Origin: Lingula anatina
Taxonomy: Eukaryota > Animalia > Brachiopoda
Assembly: GCA_051362555.1 (NCBI GenBank)
Contig: CM120648.1
Span: 10,970,587 to 11,034,586 of the forward strand
Length of the DNA stretch: 64,000 bases
Reading direction: 5' to 3'
A model generated the notes under the pieces. It was not told the DNA's origin. It saw only the letters and a list, made by a program, of their open reading frames with translations, and did no database searches. Of the stretch, positions 1 through 13,400 are shown piece after piece. The position numbers and the translations under genes were made by a program. Each line of letters begins with the position of its first letter. Within the stretch, counting starts at the first letter, position 1.

Positions 1-1093
1 TTTTTCTAGGGCTGCTTCAAAAAAAATGTATACATATAAATAAGCAAACAATTCATATATTTCTTCAGAAAAACAATGTAAATAGTCAGCAAGCAATCAA
101 ATGAAAACAGTGATGAATCTTTAGAACATAGCTAAAACTCAATTTATAATGCTGTACATAGATGTAGGACTTAAAAATTAGATGAGTAAGCACATATGTG
201 AAATAATTCTATATAGCATTGGCAACAAAAATAAACCAAAGCAACAAAAACTTGGCAATATTGTGCTAAAAAGCTTTCAAAGCAAATGGTATCATTTGAC
301 AACATTATGTAAGAAAACTGACACTGACATTAAATTAACAAAATTAACAACAAATAAACATTATACAACTTTTATAATTTAAAACATACTTTAAATATTT
401 TAATTCTTTGAAAAAAAAAGCAAAAGCCGCAATTCAAAAACACAGGAAGAAAATTCGTACCAGCACATTTAACACAATCACAACTAACGCAATATAGGAT
501 TCTGCTCACACCACCGCACATTCATGCATACAGTCACGTACTGCTTAAAGACTACACATCAACACATATTCAAACTACTACTATGTACATATAAACAGAA
601 ATTCTTTCTTGATAAAAGCCATTCAGGAGGCTGTCAAAGACACTTTTCAGTAAAAGTGAGAGGGAAATTAAATTACTGCCACCAGCCAAATGTAAAAATA
701 AACAGGAATACATTACCAAAATGATCGTTTCTATCAAAAAAAATCCCTATTTAAGTTGGGCCAATAGTCCGTAAGTAAAAAAATGTCTTTGAAAACATCA
801 GATAAATCCACAGCCATCCAAACATTATTTCTGAAGGGATAACTAACAACTTCCACACATGTAATTACCAGTTAATATCCAGTAAATCTGGATAAACATC
901 CTACAGCGTGTGTAACAAGGTTATGAACTGGACGTATGTTTATTTACACATCTTTCCCTTATTAACAAGCCATGTGTAATATCTTTCTATGGATATATCT
1001 TTCATCACTAACCCATCCTTAGAGCCATTTAGATAGGTCTTTTTCAACCAAAATAATGAAAAATGCTTCATTTTGTACAGATTTACAGAATAC

Positions 1094-1194
1094 CTTTCCT
1101 TGTTGACTGTTCTGTCCAGCTTTCTCTACCGACTTGTTCTCACCTGAGCCTCTGGTGGCAGTGGTGGGATAATGACTGACCCTATTACCACTAG
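1094..1194 (-). CDS. Syndecan-like exon 3 (Ser/Thr-rich spacer)
   Basis: Acceptor CTCTTTCATGTCCCAG|, donor AAG|GTATTC, 101 bp, phase-compatible with exon 2. An internal alternative donor CAG|GTGAGA lies at 1143. Confidence 0.65.
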
Positions 1195-1618
1195 CTGGGA
1201 CATGAAAGAGGTCAGAGGCAGTGACAACTGTTTAGACCAATAATTACCCTTACAATTCCACCTGAGAGTTAGTTCTGATCAAGCCAGCAGAGATGCAACA
1301 CCACATAGTCATCAAGCAAAGGTATTTTTTGTATATACACAAAGAGAACTTTTCTTTTAGCATAACTACATAGGATCCAATGAAGTTATCTGGACTTACT
1401 GATTTTAACTACAGTGACCTAAGATTTCTTATTTAGAAATTTGTGGATGGTGTATTCATCATTTGTGCATTTGGCCCCAATAGGATGTGTAATAGCTCAA
1501 CCACACATGCAGAGCACATGTACTTATGCATACTTGCCTTAAATTGCACTCACAAACATACACATATACAAACATGTTCATGTAGGGTTGTATGCCTCTG
1601 TGCAAATGCGCTCAGACA

Positions 1619-1667
<49 letters not shown>

Positions 1668-4600
1668 TTCTTTCTAACATATGGACCCCAGACGGGCCAA
1701 AGGATCCAGCTAAACAATGACACCACCTGACCTTCCATATAAACAGCCACATCCCAAGTTCCAGCGCCCATTTGTTTGTATTGTTTAAACCCCTCGACAC
1801 TTTTCACAGGTACCCTTCCAAAACAAACTGCAGAGCTAATCTAGGCCTAAGCCGCTTGTCTGGCAGCTTGCTATATATATATTCAGCAGAAGTCAAGTAG
1901 GGGTACTTTTCGGTGCCCATCTATCAATATTTTGATGGCTTTTTGATGTTTGCAACCTCTGCCGAGGAACAGTGTAAAGCTCTCCCCTTGACTTTGGTGA
2001 TCCCCCCCAAAAAAGAGCAGGCTAAAATGATAAGGGGCATAGTTTTGAAAGAAGGAGGGTTGAAGGAAAAAGTAGGATATAATCAGACAAGGTGCTTCAT
2101 AACTCCTTTTTTCAATATGTGTGTGTGTGTTTGTGTGCGTGTATGCGCGTGTGTGAAGAGGGCAGCCCGTCCTCTTTCCCACCTTTATTTTAAAAATTAC
2201 AGACAATATCTCCATATCACCAATTGATTTACCATCTCCTTCAGAAAAACAAACTCAGAATGAAGTGCCAGAGCCATTAAAAATTAACACATCGTATTGA
2301 ATGTAAAGAGGTTTACAGACAAGAAGTGCAGGATTTTTTGCGGTACTGAAGTAATCATTCTATTTTCTGATCAGACATTTTGTAAAAAGTGGAGATGGGC
2401 ATTACAGCATGTTTGGCTTTAGAAAGTTGTGCAAAGACCCCATAGCCATACCTAGATCGATCTAACAGGATCGATCCATCTGTAAGGGGTTTCCTATCTA
2501 AATTGCTTTCAACTTTTGGTAGCTCTGATGTCTGGCAGACCAACTGAGAATGTTACAGGGTAATTAACTACCACTGAGCAGCTTCAGTAGGCATACCAGA
2601 TATCTAAGCTGCTTAAGCTGAAAGCAATTTAGCTAGAAATCTCCCGGAGATGGATCGATCCTGTTAGATCACTCAAGGTATGGGAATGGGGTCTAAGGCT
2701 TACAAACAACTGGTGTAAATACCAGACAGATGTGACATGATAAAGAAAAATGTCAGCTACTGGTGTAGATAGAGGAGCCATAATCCTGAGGATTTTTGAA
2801 AACTGACCTCACTGTAACAGCTAATTAAACATCTTCAAAACAAAAAAAAAGAAAAGAAAAAAATCTAGATTAAAGGCCACGTGCTGGATTTTTTTTTATC
2901 CTGATGCTACAGTTGCAGCTGATGGAAAAAATCCTGCCGTTCAACCGCATGGAAATTCTACCAGTCTTGTTTATTTTCGTATTTATGCTATGTTTGTTTT
3001 TGCATTTGGGATCTATTTTTCTTCAATGTGTCATAGAGCCCTAAACATCCCAAGAGTGGCTTATATTTCCAAATTCCAAACAAATCAGGGGTTATTTTAG
3101 CTTGGAAAAGTCTTTACATATAGAAATATCAAAGGGCCTAGTCCATACATGTCATCAGTATGATTGATACTTGTATACCTACACCATTAAAAAAGTTTCA
3201 ATAAACCAGCTTTTGACTAGTTACCATTTAACTCAGGGTGACAAATATGATGGATACGGGGGCAGGGGGATAGCTAGGATGGTTTCAACTGCTGGTCTTC
3301 ACTTTTAGGTAGAGAATTTGGGACTTTCTCATTTTAGGCTAAACCTTAAGTGGTCTACTTAAATTAAGTGACTAGAGGTGTAATACATGAGATGGTTGCA
3401 ATATTTAATTTAAGGGGTCTACTTTTGATTAATTTCAGGTTGATTTGTTCACTATAAAATGTCATTCTTAAGATTTAGACAAACTTTTGGTTCTTAGATT
3501 CTTCACACGCCTCCCCACACATCGTCCCTGCGGGGGACAGTCATTTAATCTCGGCTCCTTTGGGACGACACATGGGGAGGCGTGTGAGAGGCGGAGAGAC
3601 TATTAAAAGATTAGGCGGTTTTTCTTTCATATACGTCCGCCATATTTAGTTCCCAGGATTTGTAAAGCCTGGCTCAACTCGTTGTGAATGCGATCTTAGA
3701 CTAGGTTCCCATAAACCTATCCTACTAACAAGACTGACCTAACTCCTAGGGGGATTCTCTCTAATTTGCATCATTTCAATAGGCTTAAATGTCTGTCACG
3801 CCCACTAAAGCTGTTGGGGGGAGGGGGGGGGGGTAATCAACTTTCAAGCATGCTTAAACTGAATGCAATTTGGCGAGAATCCCCTTAGAGATAGATCGAT
3901 CCTGTTAGTATAATAGCGTTATGGGAATGGTCCCTTAGTTCTCTGGTAGAACCTGGTTCAGGTGCTGGGCCCCAGTTGCTAAGTGTCTAACATGTGGCCC
4001 CCTAACACAACCTTCATCATTAGAAGTTCAGCATATGTCTTACCATTCCTCCTGAACACAATGGCTTTTCTGAAAATATGTCTTCTGATTGTTTAACAAA
4101 AACTAAAACAGCAGTCCGCTCAGCCATGTGTGATTTGTAAGCCACGGTCTGGAACAGTCGAGTTAAAAGGCAAGTTTACACAAACTGAGTTAAAAACAAA
4201 CCAGGATGGGGATAATTTAAGTGATTTTGTTGCAAAGAGTGAAGTTTTATCAAAGCAAAAATGATATAGTGGTGTCAATCTTTTTTTCCTCTTACAACAT
4301 TTTACCATAAATTGGTCTGTGCTCCTTGGGTTTGCCCTGAAGGCGATCCTAGCCACAGAGTGTAACTGTTCCTAACCACAACCTGGTGGTCTGGGGCACA
4401 ATCACTAACATTAGTGAAGTGAAGTGGGTGGTATCTTAGAAACAACAGTGGATTTTTTTGTTTTGTTTTCATAAACTATTTTTTCAAGAATCAAAAATGG
4501 CAAAAATTCTAACCAAGAAAATAAAAGATTTATAGATATATTACAAGGGAGAGAATATGGGCAAACATAGTAAGTTTGGAGCTTGGTGGTATAAAAAGGC

Positions 4601-7600
4601 AGACGAACCTGATGAAGGGTACACAAAACATTTTTTCTTTTTTTTTGTTTTGAAATCAAGATGGTGCCAGCTTAAGTACGATTCACAATGAACCAACATA
4701 GGCCACAGGAAACGACAACATGTAACGAGAGTCATATAAACAATAGCAGGCACTGTGGGAACACGCAAACTCTAGCAGGACAAAAGGCTAGAGGTTTTCC
4801 TCAAATATTTCAATAAGTCATTTCCCATTATACGACAGCATGGCAGTGTCTTAAAAATGTACTTCCAAGTCCCTGCGAGACAACCCCATTTCCTATGTCT
4901 AACAACAAAATAGTGTTTGTTGGTAATGACCTGTAACTTCTCAACTTTGTACAGACTTTTGCCCATTGTCACAATTTACAACTGGAATATTGTAATTGGG
5001 TTTTATTTGTCATTAGAAGACATGGCCATTTTATAAATATAGAATATCTTTCTGTCAAGTATAAAACATTTACTAGAAAAATCTTGAAAGCAATCATTTC
5101 AGTTTTTTTTAAGCCTATATACATGTTCCCTGCTGCAGAACTCTTTTGCTTCTTTAAATTTCCAGAGAGAAAAAAATAGGAGAAAGATGATAACTCTGTC
5201 TAAAAATACCTCACCAGGAGTAAATATGTGTAAACAGCAGTGGCAAAAAAGTTTTATGGAAAAGATAAGTTGTTTTCAGCAGGGGGGAGAGGGGTACGGC
5301 AGAATTTATTTCAAATGTTTCTTTTTTCCCTTTAATCAGGATTCATCTCTACATAGTCAGACAGATACAGTCTGTTGGACATAATTTGGTCCATATCACT
5401 TCCAGATGTACCACAGAGTTTGCTATGTTCTATGCAGTGTTCCATTTTATTTCTTGTCACCTGTGTCACCCTTGTTGTCACCAGTGACAGATGGAGCAGA
5501 CAAGTCATGGAGATACGAGCAGACGTACTATAGAGATACAACTGTCCTGATTGTTCAGATGCGAGATGAATTGAATGAAATTGATAGGCTGATGTTTATC
5601 ACTGTACCATGTTATAATAATAATATGTACCATGGGACCTGAAGACATTGGGTCTATGACCCCATTCCCATAGATTTTAGATTGATCTATCCCTGTGAGG
5701 AGTCTCACTAGATTACTGTAAGCTTAGCCGGCTCAAGTGTCTGTCCTGCCTACTAAAAGCTGAAAGGGTGTAATTAACTATGGTGTGCGCTCGGCTGACT
5801 GCAATTTAGCGTGAACACCCAGGGAGTTAAGTTGATCTAAATCTAAAACTCTGGATCAATCTAAATCTCTGGGAATGCACCCTATTTAGTGACGACATTT
5901 GGGACTATTTTATGAAGACATTTAGGACTTTTTTAAAAGCTTTGGCCTTACAACAAACAAGTGCTATTATTTCAAGTGTGAAGTAATGTTTATAATATTC
6001 TTGTGACATTATGTGTCAAACCTGTGCCCTTCGTAATCCAATCCTGGATGTCTTCAAAGGGCTATTCTACAATAACCAATCTCAAAACATAATCTATTCT
6101 TTTCCATTAAACTTCTTTCAGACTTTCAAATCCCATGAAAAAGAATATGGCAATTCATCATGTATCTTTTGAAGTGAATTCATACCTATTAAAGTTGGAG
6201 TAAGAGTCACAAAGTTTGAAATATTGACATTTATAGCCATCTTTCAGTAAGATGTAGTCTAAGACATCCACCACAACTTCCAGACTACCAAAGATTACTT
6301 CTATGTCATAAAACGTACACAAACAGCCATTATACAGACTGAACGGGGAAATCCCAAGTACATCTTGGTACAGAAGAGGTGTTTGCTGGTAATTTTAACA
6401 AGGCAGCAAAGCTGTCAAATGTACAGACAAAAAACAGGAAATAACTATGCACAAAATAGGCTACTGTCAATTCTGATGCAAAAATACATTATGTTAAACT
6501 GCAAATTCAACATCAAATTTTAATTATCCTCAACAGGTAATACCAATGTAATTAAAATCAGTTCGACTGCTTTTCCAACTCAGGCTGCATTTTAGTCCTG
6601 TATTTCTTTTTTGAAAGTTTGGCAATCATAAATAACATGGTTTTCCCATAATGGTCATCATGGCAGCAGCACCCAAAATTGTGTTTTCTTCTATTCTGAT
6701 GCCATATTACATAATGGTTAACAGCATAATGACCGTCAATTTTTAATAATAAAATATACGTATCATGGATTTTCAGAAAATGTGACTAGCATGGGTCTTC
6801 AAGCCCGTGGAACTTCAAAGTCACACCTTGAAAATGCCAATATGTGAACAATTAAAATTTCACAAAAAAAATGTTTAACTGGCAGTAAGAATTACCAAAC
6901 AGACTGTATTTCCTACTGAAGCTGTATTTTAGTCCCATGTTTCTTTCCTGTAAGTTTGAGAACAGTAAATGACATGGTTTTTCTTAAATGGTCATCATGG
7001 GAGCAGTGCCCAAAATAGTTTTTTTTTCAAATTTTGATGCAATATTACATAATGTTTAACAGCATAATGACCATCAATTTTAATAATAAAATATTAGTTT
7101 TATGGATATTCAGAAAATGTGACTAGCAAAGGTCTTCAGGCCCATGGAACTTCAAAGTCACATCTTGAAAATGCCAAAATGTAAACGAGACAGCACTGTT
7201 CTGAAATGTTTTTTTTTTCCATTTTTAACAATTTTTAACATAAAACAAAATTAACAGTTTTCTGCCGTTTTTATATGATCAACTAAGAAAATTGATGAGA
7301 TGGGAAAAATATCAACAGAGCAGTGTTAAATGTCCAATTTCTTCCATTCTGAGATTCTGAACATAGTGAATGATTGAATCTGACAAACTGCAATGATATG
7401 GGTTTATTTCCATTTTTGAAACTTTATTACACAATACACGATAACAAGTTTACCATCATTTTTACATAATCAACTAATAATGTTGTAAAGATGCAGGAAA
7501 TGCCAAACAAACACTTTTACGTATCTTATTAGTTCAATAATGAAACTGTTTACATGCCTCAGAATTGAATCTGAGGAAATGTGAAAAAAACTGCATTTCT

Positions 7601-10162
7601 TTAAAATAATGGCCCGATTATGCTGATTTTTGAACTCAACCTGCGTTTTAGCAGGAATGACCACTCCTGTAAGTTTAATGACAATTGGCCTATCAGTTTT
7701 TCTTATATTGTGTTAACAGTGTTGCATATATGCTGAAAAGTGAAAAAAAAAAAGCATAACTACTAAAATAGAGGCCCGATCCTGCCGATTTTCGAACTTG
7801 ACCTGCGTTATAGTAAGATAGATTACTCCTGTGAGTTTCATGACAAAAAGCCTATCAGTTTTCCTTGAAATGTGTTTACAGTGTTGCATATATGCTGAAA
7901 AGTAAAAAAACAGCATAACTTCTACTATAATGGCCCGATCATGCTGATTTTCGAACTTGACCTGCATTTTATGAATATTCATCAGCTCTGTAAATATACA
8001 GCCAAAAAGTAAAACTTTCTTCCACTTATCGTGTTTACAATGAAAGTGCACGGCGCTGGCGACAGCGACAGTGATGGCAACGACGGCGATGACAGACGCA
8101 GGTGATGGCAATATGTACAGACACATCTGTACATATTAACTGTACTGTTTGAGAACAGTAAGTGACATGGTTTTTCTTAAATGGTCATCATGGGAGCAGT
8201 GCCCAAAATAGGTTTTTTTCAAATTTTGATGCAATATTACATAATGTTTAACAGCATAATGACCATCAATTTTTAATAATAAAATATTAGTATCATGGAC
8301 AAACAGAAAACGTGACTAACAAAGGTTTTTAGGTCGATGGAACTTCAAAGTCACACCTTAAAAATGCCAAAATGTAAACAAGACTGCACTGTTCTGAAAT
8401 GGGTTTATTTCCATTTTTAACACTTTTTTAACATAAAACAAAATTAATAGGATACTGCCATTTTTTATATGATCAACTAAGAAAATTGATGAGATGTGAA
8501 AAATATCAATAGAACAGTGTTAAATGTCCAATTTCTTCCATTCTGAGATTCTGAACATAGTGAATGATTGAATCTGACAAACTGCAATGATATGAGTTTA
8601 TTTCCATTTTTGAAACTTTATTACACAATACACGATAACAAGTTTACCATCATTTTTACATAATCAACTAACAATGTTGTAAAGATGAAGGAAATGTCAA
8701 ACAAACACTTTTACGTATCTTATTAGTTCAATAATGAGACTGTTAACATGCCTAAGAATTGAATCTGTAGAAATGTGAAACAAGACAGCACTGTTCTGAA
8801 ATGGGTTTTTTCCCATTTTTAACAATTTTTTACACAAAACAAAATTAACAGTTTACTGCCATTTTTATATGATCAACTAAGAAAATTGATGAGATGGGAA
8901 AAGTATCAATAGAACAGTGTTAAATGTCCAATTTCCTCCATTCTGAGATTCTGAACATAGTGGATGATTGAATCTGACAAACTGCAATGATATGAGTTTA
9001 TTTCCATTTTTGACACTTTATTACACAATACACGATAACAAGTTTACCATCATTTTTACATAATCAACTAACAATGTTGTAAAGATGCAGGAAATGTCAA
9101 ACAAACACTTTTATGTATCTTATTAGTTAAATAATAAGACTGTTAACATGCCTAACAACTGAATCTGAGGAAATGTGAAAAAACAGCATAACTTCTAAAA
9201 TAATGGCCCGATTATGCTGATTTTCGAACTCAACCTGCGTTTTAGTAAGATTGACCACTCCTGTGAGTTTAATGACAATTGGCCTAACGGTTTTCCTTAA
9301 AATGTGTTTACAGGGTTGCATATATGCTGAAAAGTGAAAAAACAGCATAACTTCTACTATAATGGCCCGATCATGCTGATTTTCGAACTTGACCTGCGTT
9401 TTATGAATATTCATCAGCTCTGTAAATATAAAAGCAAAAAATAAAACTGTGTTCCACTTATCGTGTTTACAAGGAAAGTGCACGGCATCGGCATCGGCAT
9501 CGGCATCGGCGACGACGGCGACGACAGACGCAGGTGATGGCAATATGTACAGACACATCTGTGTCTGTACATAAAAACAGAGTGAAAATTTGGGACTCCG
9601 CAGACAAATACCTCCTTTTTCACAAGGGCATTAAGTGTGGCAGACAAGACAATCCACTTGGGATTACATATGCCATCTGGATGCCAGAAAAGCTCCACAA
9701 TCTAAAAGGAGCCAGAGATACTTAAATCTACAGCCAGCAGTCAGAATGGCTCACTTCACCAAGAACTGTTACACAACTGGGGTTGTCCAAAGCCCAAAAC
9801 CATTTGACTTTTTCCTTTTTATCTTTTAATTGAAAAAAAGATCAAAGTTTGAAGCACGTTTGATTGCATTTGACATTTTAGACTTTATTTGAACTAGTGT
9901 ATTTGGATTTTCAGTTTATCATATTATGATTCATAGGAAATGGGAGGGATGGAAAAAGACTGTAGGGAAATTCAATTTTTGTTTACTGTCTGTCACATTG
10001 AAAGTAACATTTCCCTCTCACTAGCCCTGCCATGTACTTCACATGGGTACACATGCATCACTGGAAAAACAGTTACACAGGAATATGTATGCATCAAACA
10101 TGATTGTAACCTACCTCAACACATGCACACAAGCACATATAAAAATTTCACATATGCACAGA

Positions 10163-10209
<47 letters not shown>

Positions 10210-10395
10210 ATTAAAACACATATATACACAAACATACTATAATCTTTTACTTTGAGAATTGTGCACACACACAAACTTGCATGCACACACACACACACAT
10301 TCACCCATGCATGCATAGAAACACACACACACACACACACCGAGGCACAAACACCAATGTGTACATACACACACATGCATGTACACATATAAACA

Positions 10396-10446
<51 letters not shown>

Positions 10447-13400
10447 GCCCCCACACCTTACCTGGATAAGACACAGTGACAGGTCTTTTACTGGTCGACC
10501 CGTAACCACTCCCCTCTTCTCCGTCATCATCCTGCCCCTCCCCCGAACCTGCCTGGTCGCGTAAATAATCCTCATCGTCCTTTAACGTGTCTACTAATTT
10601 TTTGGCTGTGGCTTTTGCTTTTGAGCTATCTTGATCATAGAATTCAAAGTCTTTTTCCTGAAATGAAAAAAATATATTTAGTGGACATTATTTTTATGCA
10701 GTTTAGTATTTGTTTGTTTGTGTGTTTTTAATTTCTTCTTTTTCATGATCAAAGTTTTAGTTCTATAAGTAGAACTACACACTACATGATATTTTTTATT
10801 TAAGTTTCTCCCACAATTTTGGTTAAATGATGTGCTTAAGGGAAAAAGAAAATAAAAACACATATAACGTTCTGTATAATTTTTGCATTTTTGTTAAAAC
10901 AACGTTCTGTATAATTTTTGCATTTTTGTTAAAACAAACAGTTTTCCAGACGGCAGCAGCAATGAACCAGAGGCTCTTTATGAGAAAACTGATATTTTAG
11001 AACATCAACATATTTCTTTCTTCACAACTTAAAAGCCATTTACATACAAAATATTGGGCAAATGTGTTGAATTTGTCATTCTCAGTGTTCTGTAGGTGTT
11101 TTTTGTCCATGCAGTTCACATTGTGGTAGCAACGGGGACTTGCCAAATGACCTGCATGTGCAAGTTGCCATAATAAAGATGAAGTAATGGCTCATAAATG
11201 ACCCTTTGTATTTCTGTGATTTGTACCAGATATTTGAATTGGCTGCCCAGCCCACAACTGCTCCAAATTACTACAGGCGAGTTCATGCTAGCACTTGAGG
11301 CGTGTTCACACTAGTAAGTGTAGGGGACTTTTTTGGCGTCTATCATTGAGCCTTCTCCAAAAATGTTATTACAAAATGAAAAAAAATTGAGGATCCTAAC
11401 AGAAAGATGTGACTTGAAATTTGAATTATGATCATTTTTTTCAAATCAGTGAATAAGTTCAAAAACAAGCATTACAGGAAAAGAATCCAAAAAGCCACCA
11501 AGACCTGTTTCAGAGAATGCATTTTGCCAGTAATTTGTAAATGATTACTCAAAGTTTATTGCTTGACTGTGGATGTTTGGAGGACTTGAAATATTCAACT
11601 TAATTTTCAGGAGGAAGTAGTCACTTAAATACACCCACTCCAATAAAACCCTTGAGTCCAGCCATCAGTGCCATGAGAAAGTGTAGAATGCATAAAAATG
11701 GCTTCCACCAATACTGAGATGGGAGAATTGCAATCCAAGTGCTATTTTCAGATCTAAATGTAAAAAACTTGTTTCTTAATGTTGGTTCTAAACATGGCCT
11801 TAATTTGATAAATATCAATTGGTTGCCAGCTCATCTGAAAACCAAGAAAGATAAAACTATCCTTCTTTAAGTCTTCTTTTAAGGGATACCAAGTGTTCAC
11901 CTTAATTCTGGAGTTTGCTGCATGAGGTAATGTAATCCACTGTGCTTTTACTGTATGCACCACAAAAGGCTGATGAACCAGTCCCAATATTGGGACCAGC
12001 TTGATTGTGCAGTGTGAAGTCACTATAAAAAATACCACTGGGACTCTTAAGTTTGCAAGATTGTAACTAATTGTGTTTCAAGCCGAATGCTCTCAAACCA
12101 CTTGTAGAAGCGCATGTCTCTTGAAAACTTTAGTAGGATTTTCTATTGGAGGCACCAAAATTTGTTAAAATATATTTCTATACACACTTGACAGACCATC
12201 ATTGACACTTTGCAATCAGTATCGATATAAAGTTGGTATTAAAACATGTTGTCAGTCAGCTAATGTGAGTTATGTAGGTTGAGCAGTCCCCGAGCATTTG
12301 TGCAACATTCTGGAACACCCAAAGTTTTATTTTAATTTTCATAACATTTTGTCTCATATGGCATATACATGAAATATAGGATCCATGTGGGTCTTAGATG
12401 AAACGAAGAAGTCACAAATTTTCCCAATTTTCCCATGGACCTCCATCAGACAGGTTTATAAACATTCTCAAAATTATTTCACCCATAAGTAATCAAAGTA
12501 ATCAATATTTCAAAACAAAGTCCCAGTGGTAGAAGTCCTATTTCAAACATTTGGCTTACCAGATTCTTCAAAATTATAACAAACAGTGACAATCGAGTCT
12601 CAGTACCAATACAGTTTTAGATCTGGACCTATTAAAATTATCTTCAGAAAAATATTTTTTTTTCATTTTCTTCTATAACTGTGTTCATATTACCTACTGA
12701 AAGTCATAAGACAATAAAGTCTGAAACAGTTTGACATGAGCTAAAACAGTAAATGGATAAAAAACAAAAGTTTTAAGTTTGAAAAAAAAAGACGCCCCCA
12801 TTTTTAACTTAATTTGTAAATACACTGGAATGTCCTTCCTTATAAATCAACTAAATATGAAAACAAAAAAATCCCCTTTCAAGTTGGTGACCTTGGTGCA
12901 GTGAGAAGTTCCACAATCTAAATAGATCTAAAAGATCAGTGAAAATATTTTTCTGCTCTCAGTGTGATTTTTGGAGCTTTTCCAGGCTACAAATCTACCT
13001 AGGAACACTGCTGACAACATGGAAGGATTTACTGGAATTCCTCAGACTGTTTACTACTTTTCCTGCCACACACAAACACATACACATACTAGTATAGGCA
13101 TAAAGCTACTGGTTAACATGACCAACCTTTGCAAGTACAAGCAGTTCCAGGTACATGCAGGTCCAGTTATCTATTTCTAATTAAATACTCAGGATTCCTG
13201 CCTATATGACCTTTATTTGGTCTGAACAGTATCATTATCATTCTGTCCTTATCTGATACAGTGATTTATGCCACAGTCATGTTTACTGTATCTATGTATC
13301 TCACATATTTTTAGTTTATAGCTTATGGCATAGGGGGATATGGAATGACCCTTTTCTCTAGACTTAGTGAAACGTTCATGAGTAAAATTATTAAGGCAAT

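Noticed and set aside
1443-2227. HTHT/VCVC/LSLS/ERER-rich ORFs here and at 10.0-10.5, 25.8-26.0, 45.4-45.9, 55.6-55.9 and 58.0-58.4 kb
   Set aside because: Dinucleotide microsatellite translations.
5406-5642. 78-aa ORF with hydrophobic start in syndecan intron 2 (antisense)
   Set aside because: No splice, motif or compositional support; within chance expectation.
6550-9500. Repeat-spacer (CRISPR-like) array
   Set aside because: Repeats are long tandem blocks without unique spacers; eukaryotic context and no cas genes.
7713-9558. Paralogous-looking ORFs 7713-8126 and 9127-9558 ([12 protein letters not shown]...)
   Set aside because: They are translations of the duplicated HINE end, microsatellite and internal tandem units; no protein motif.
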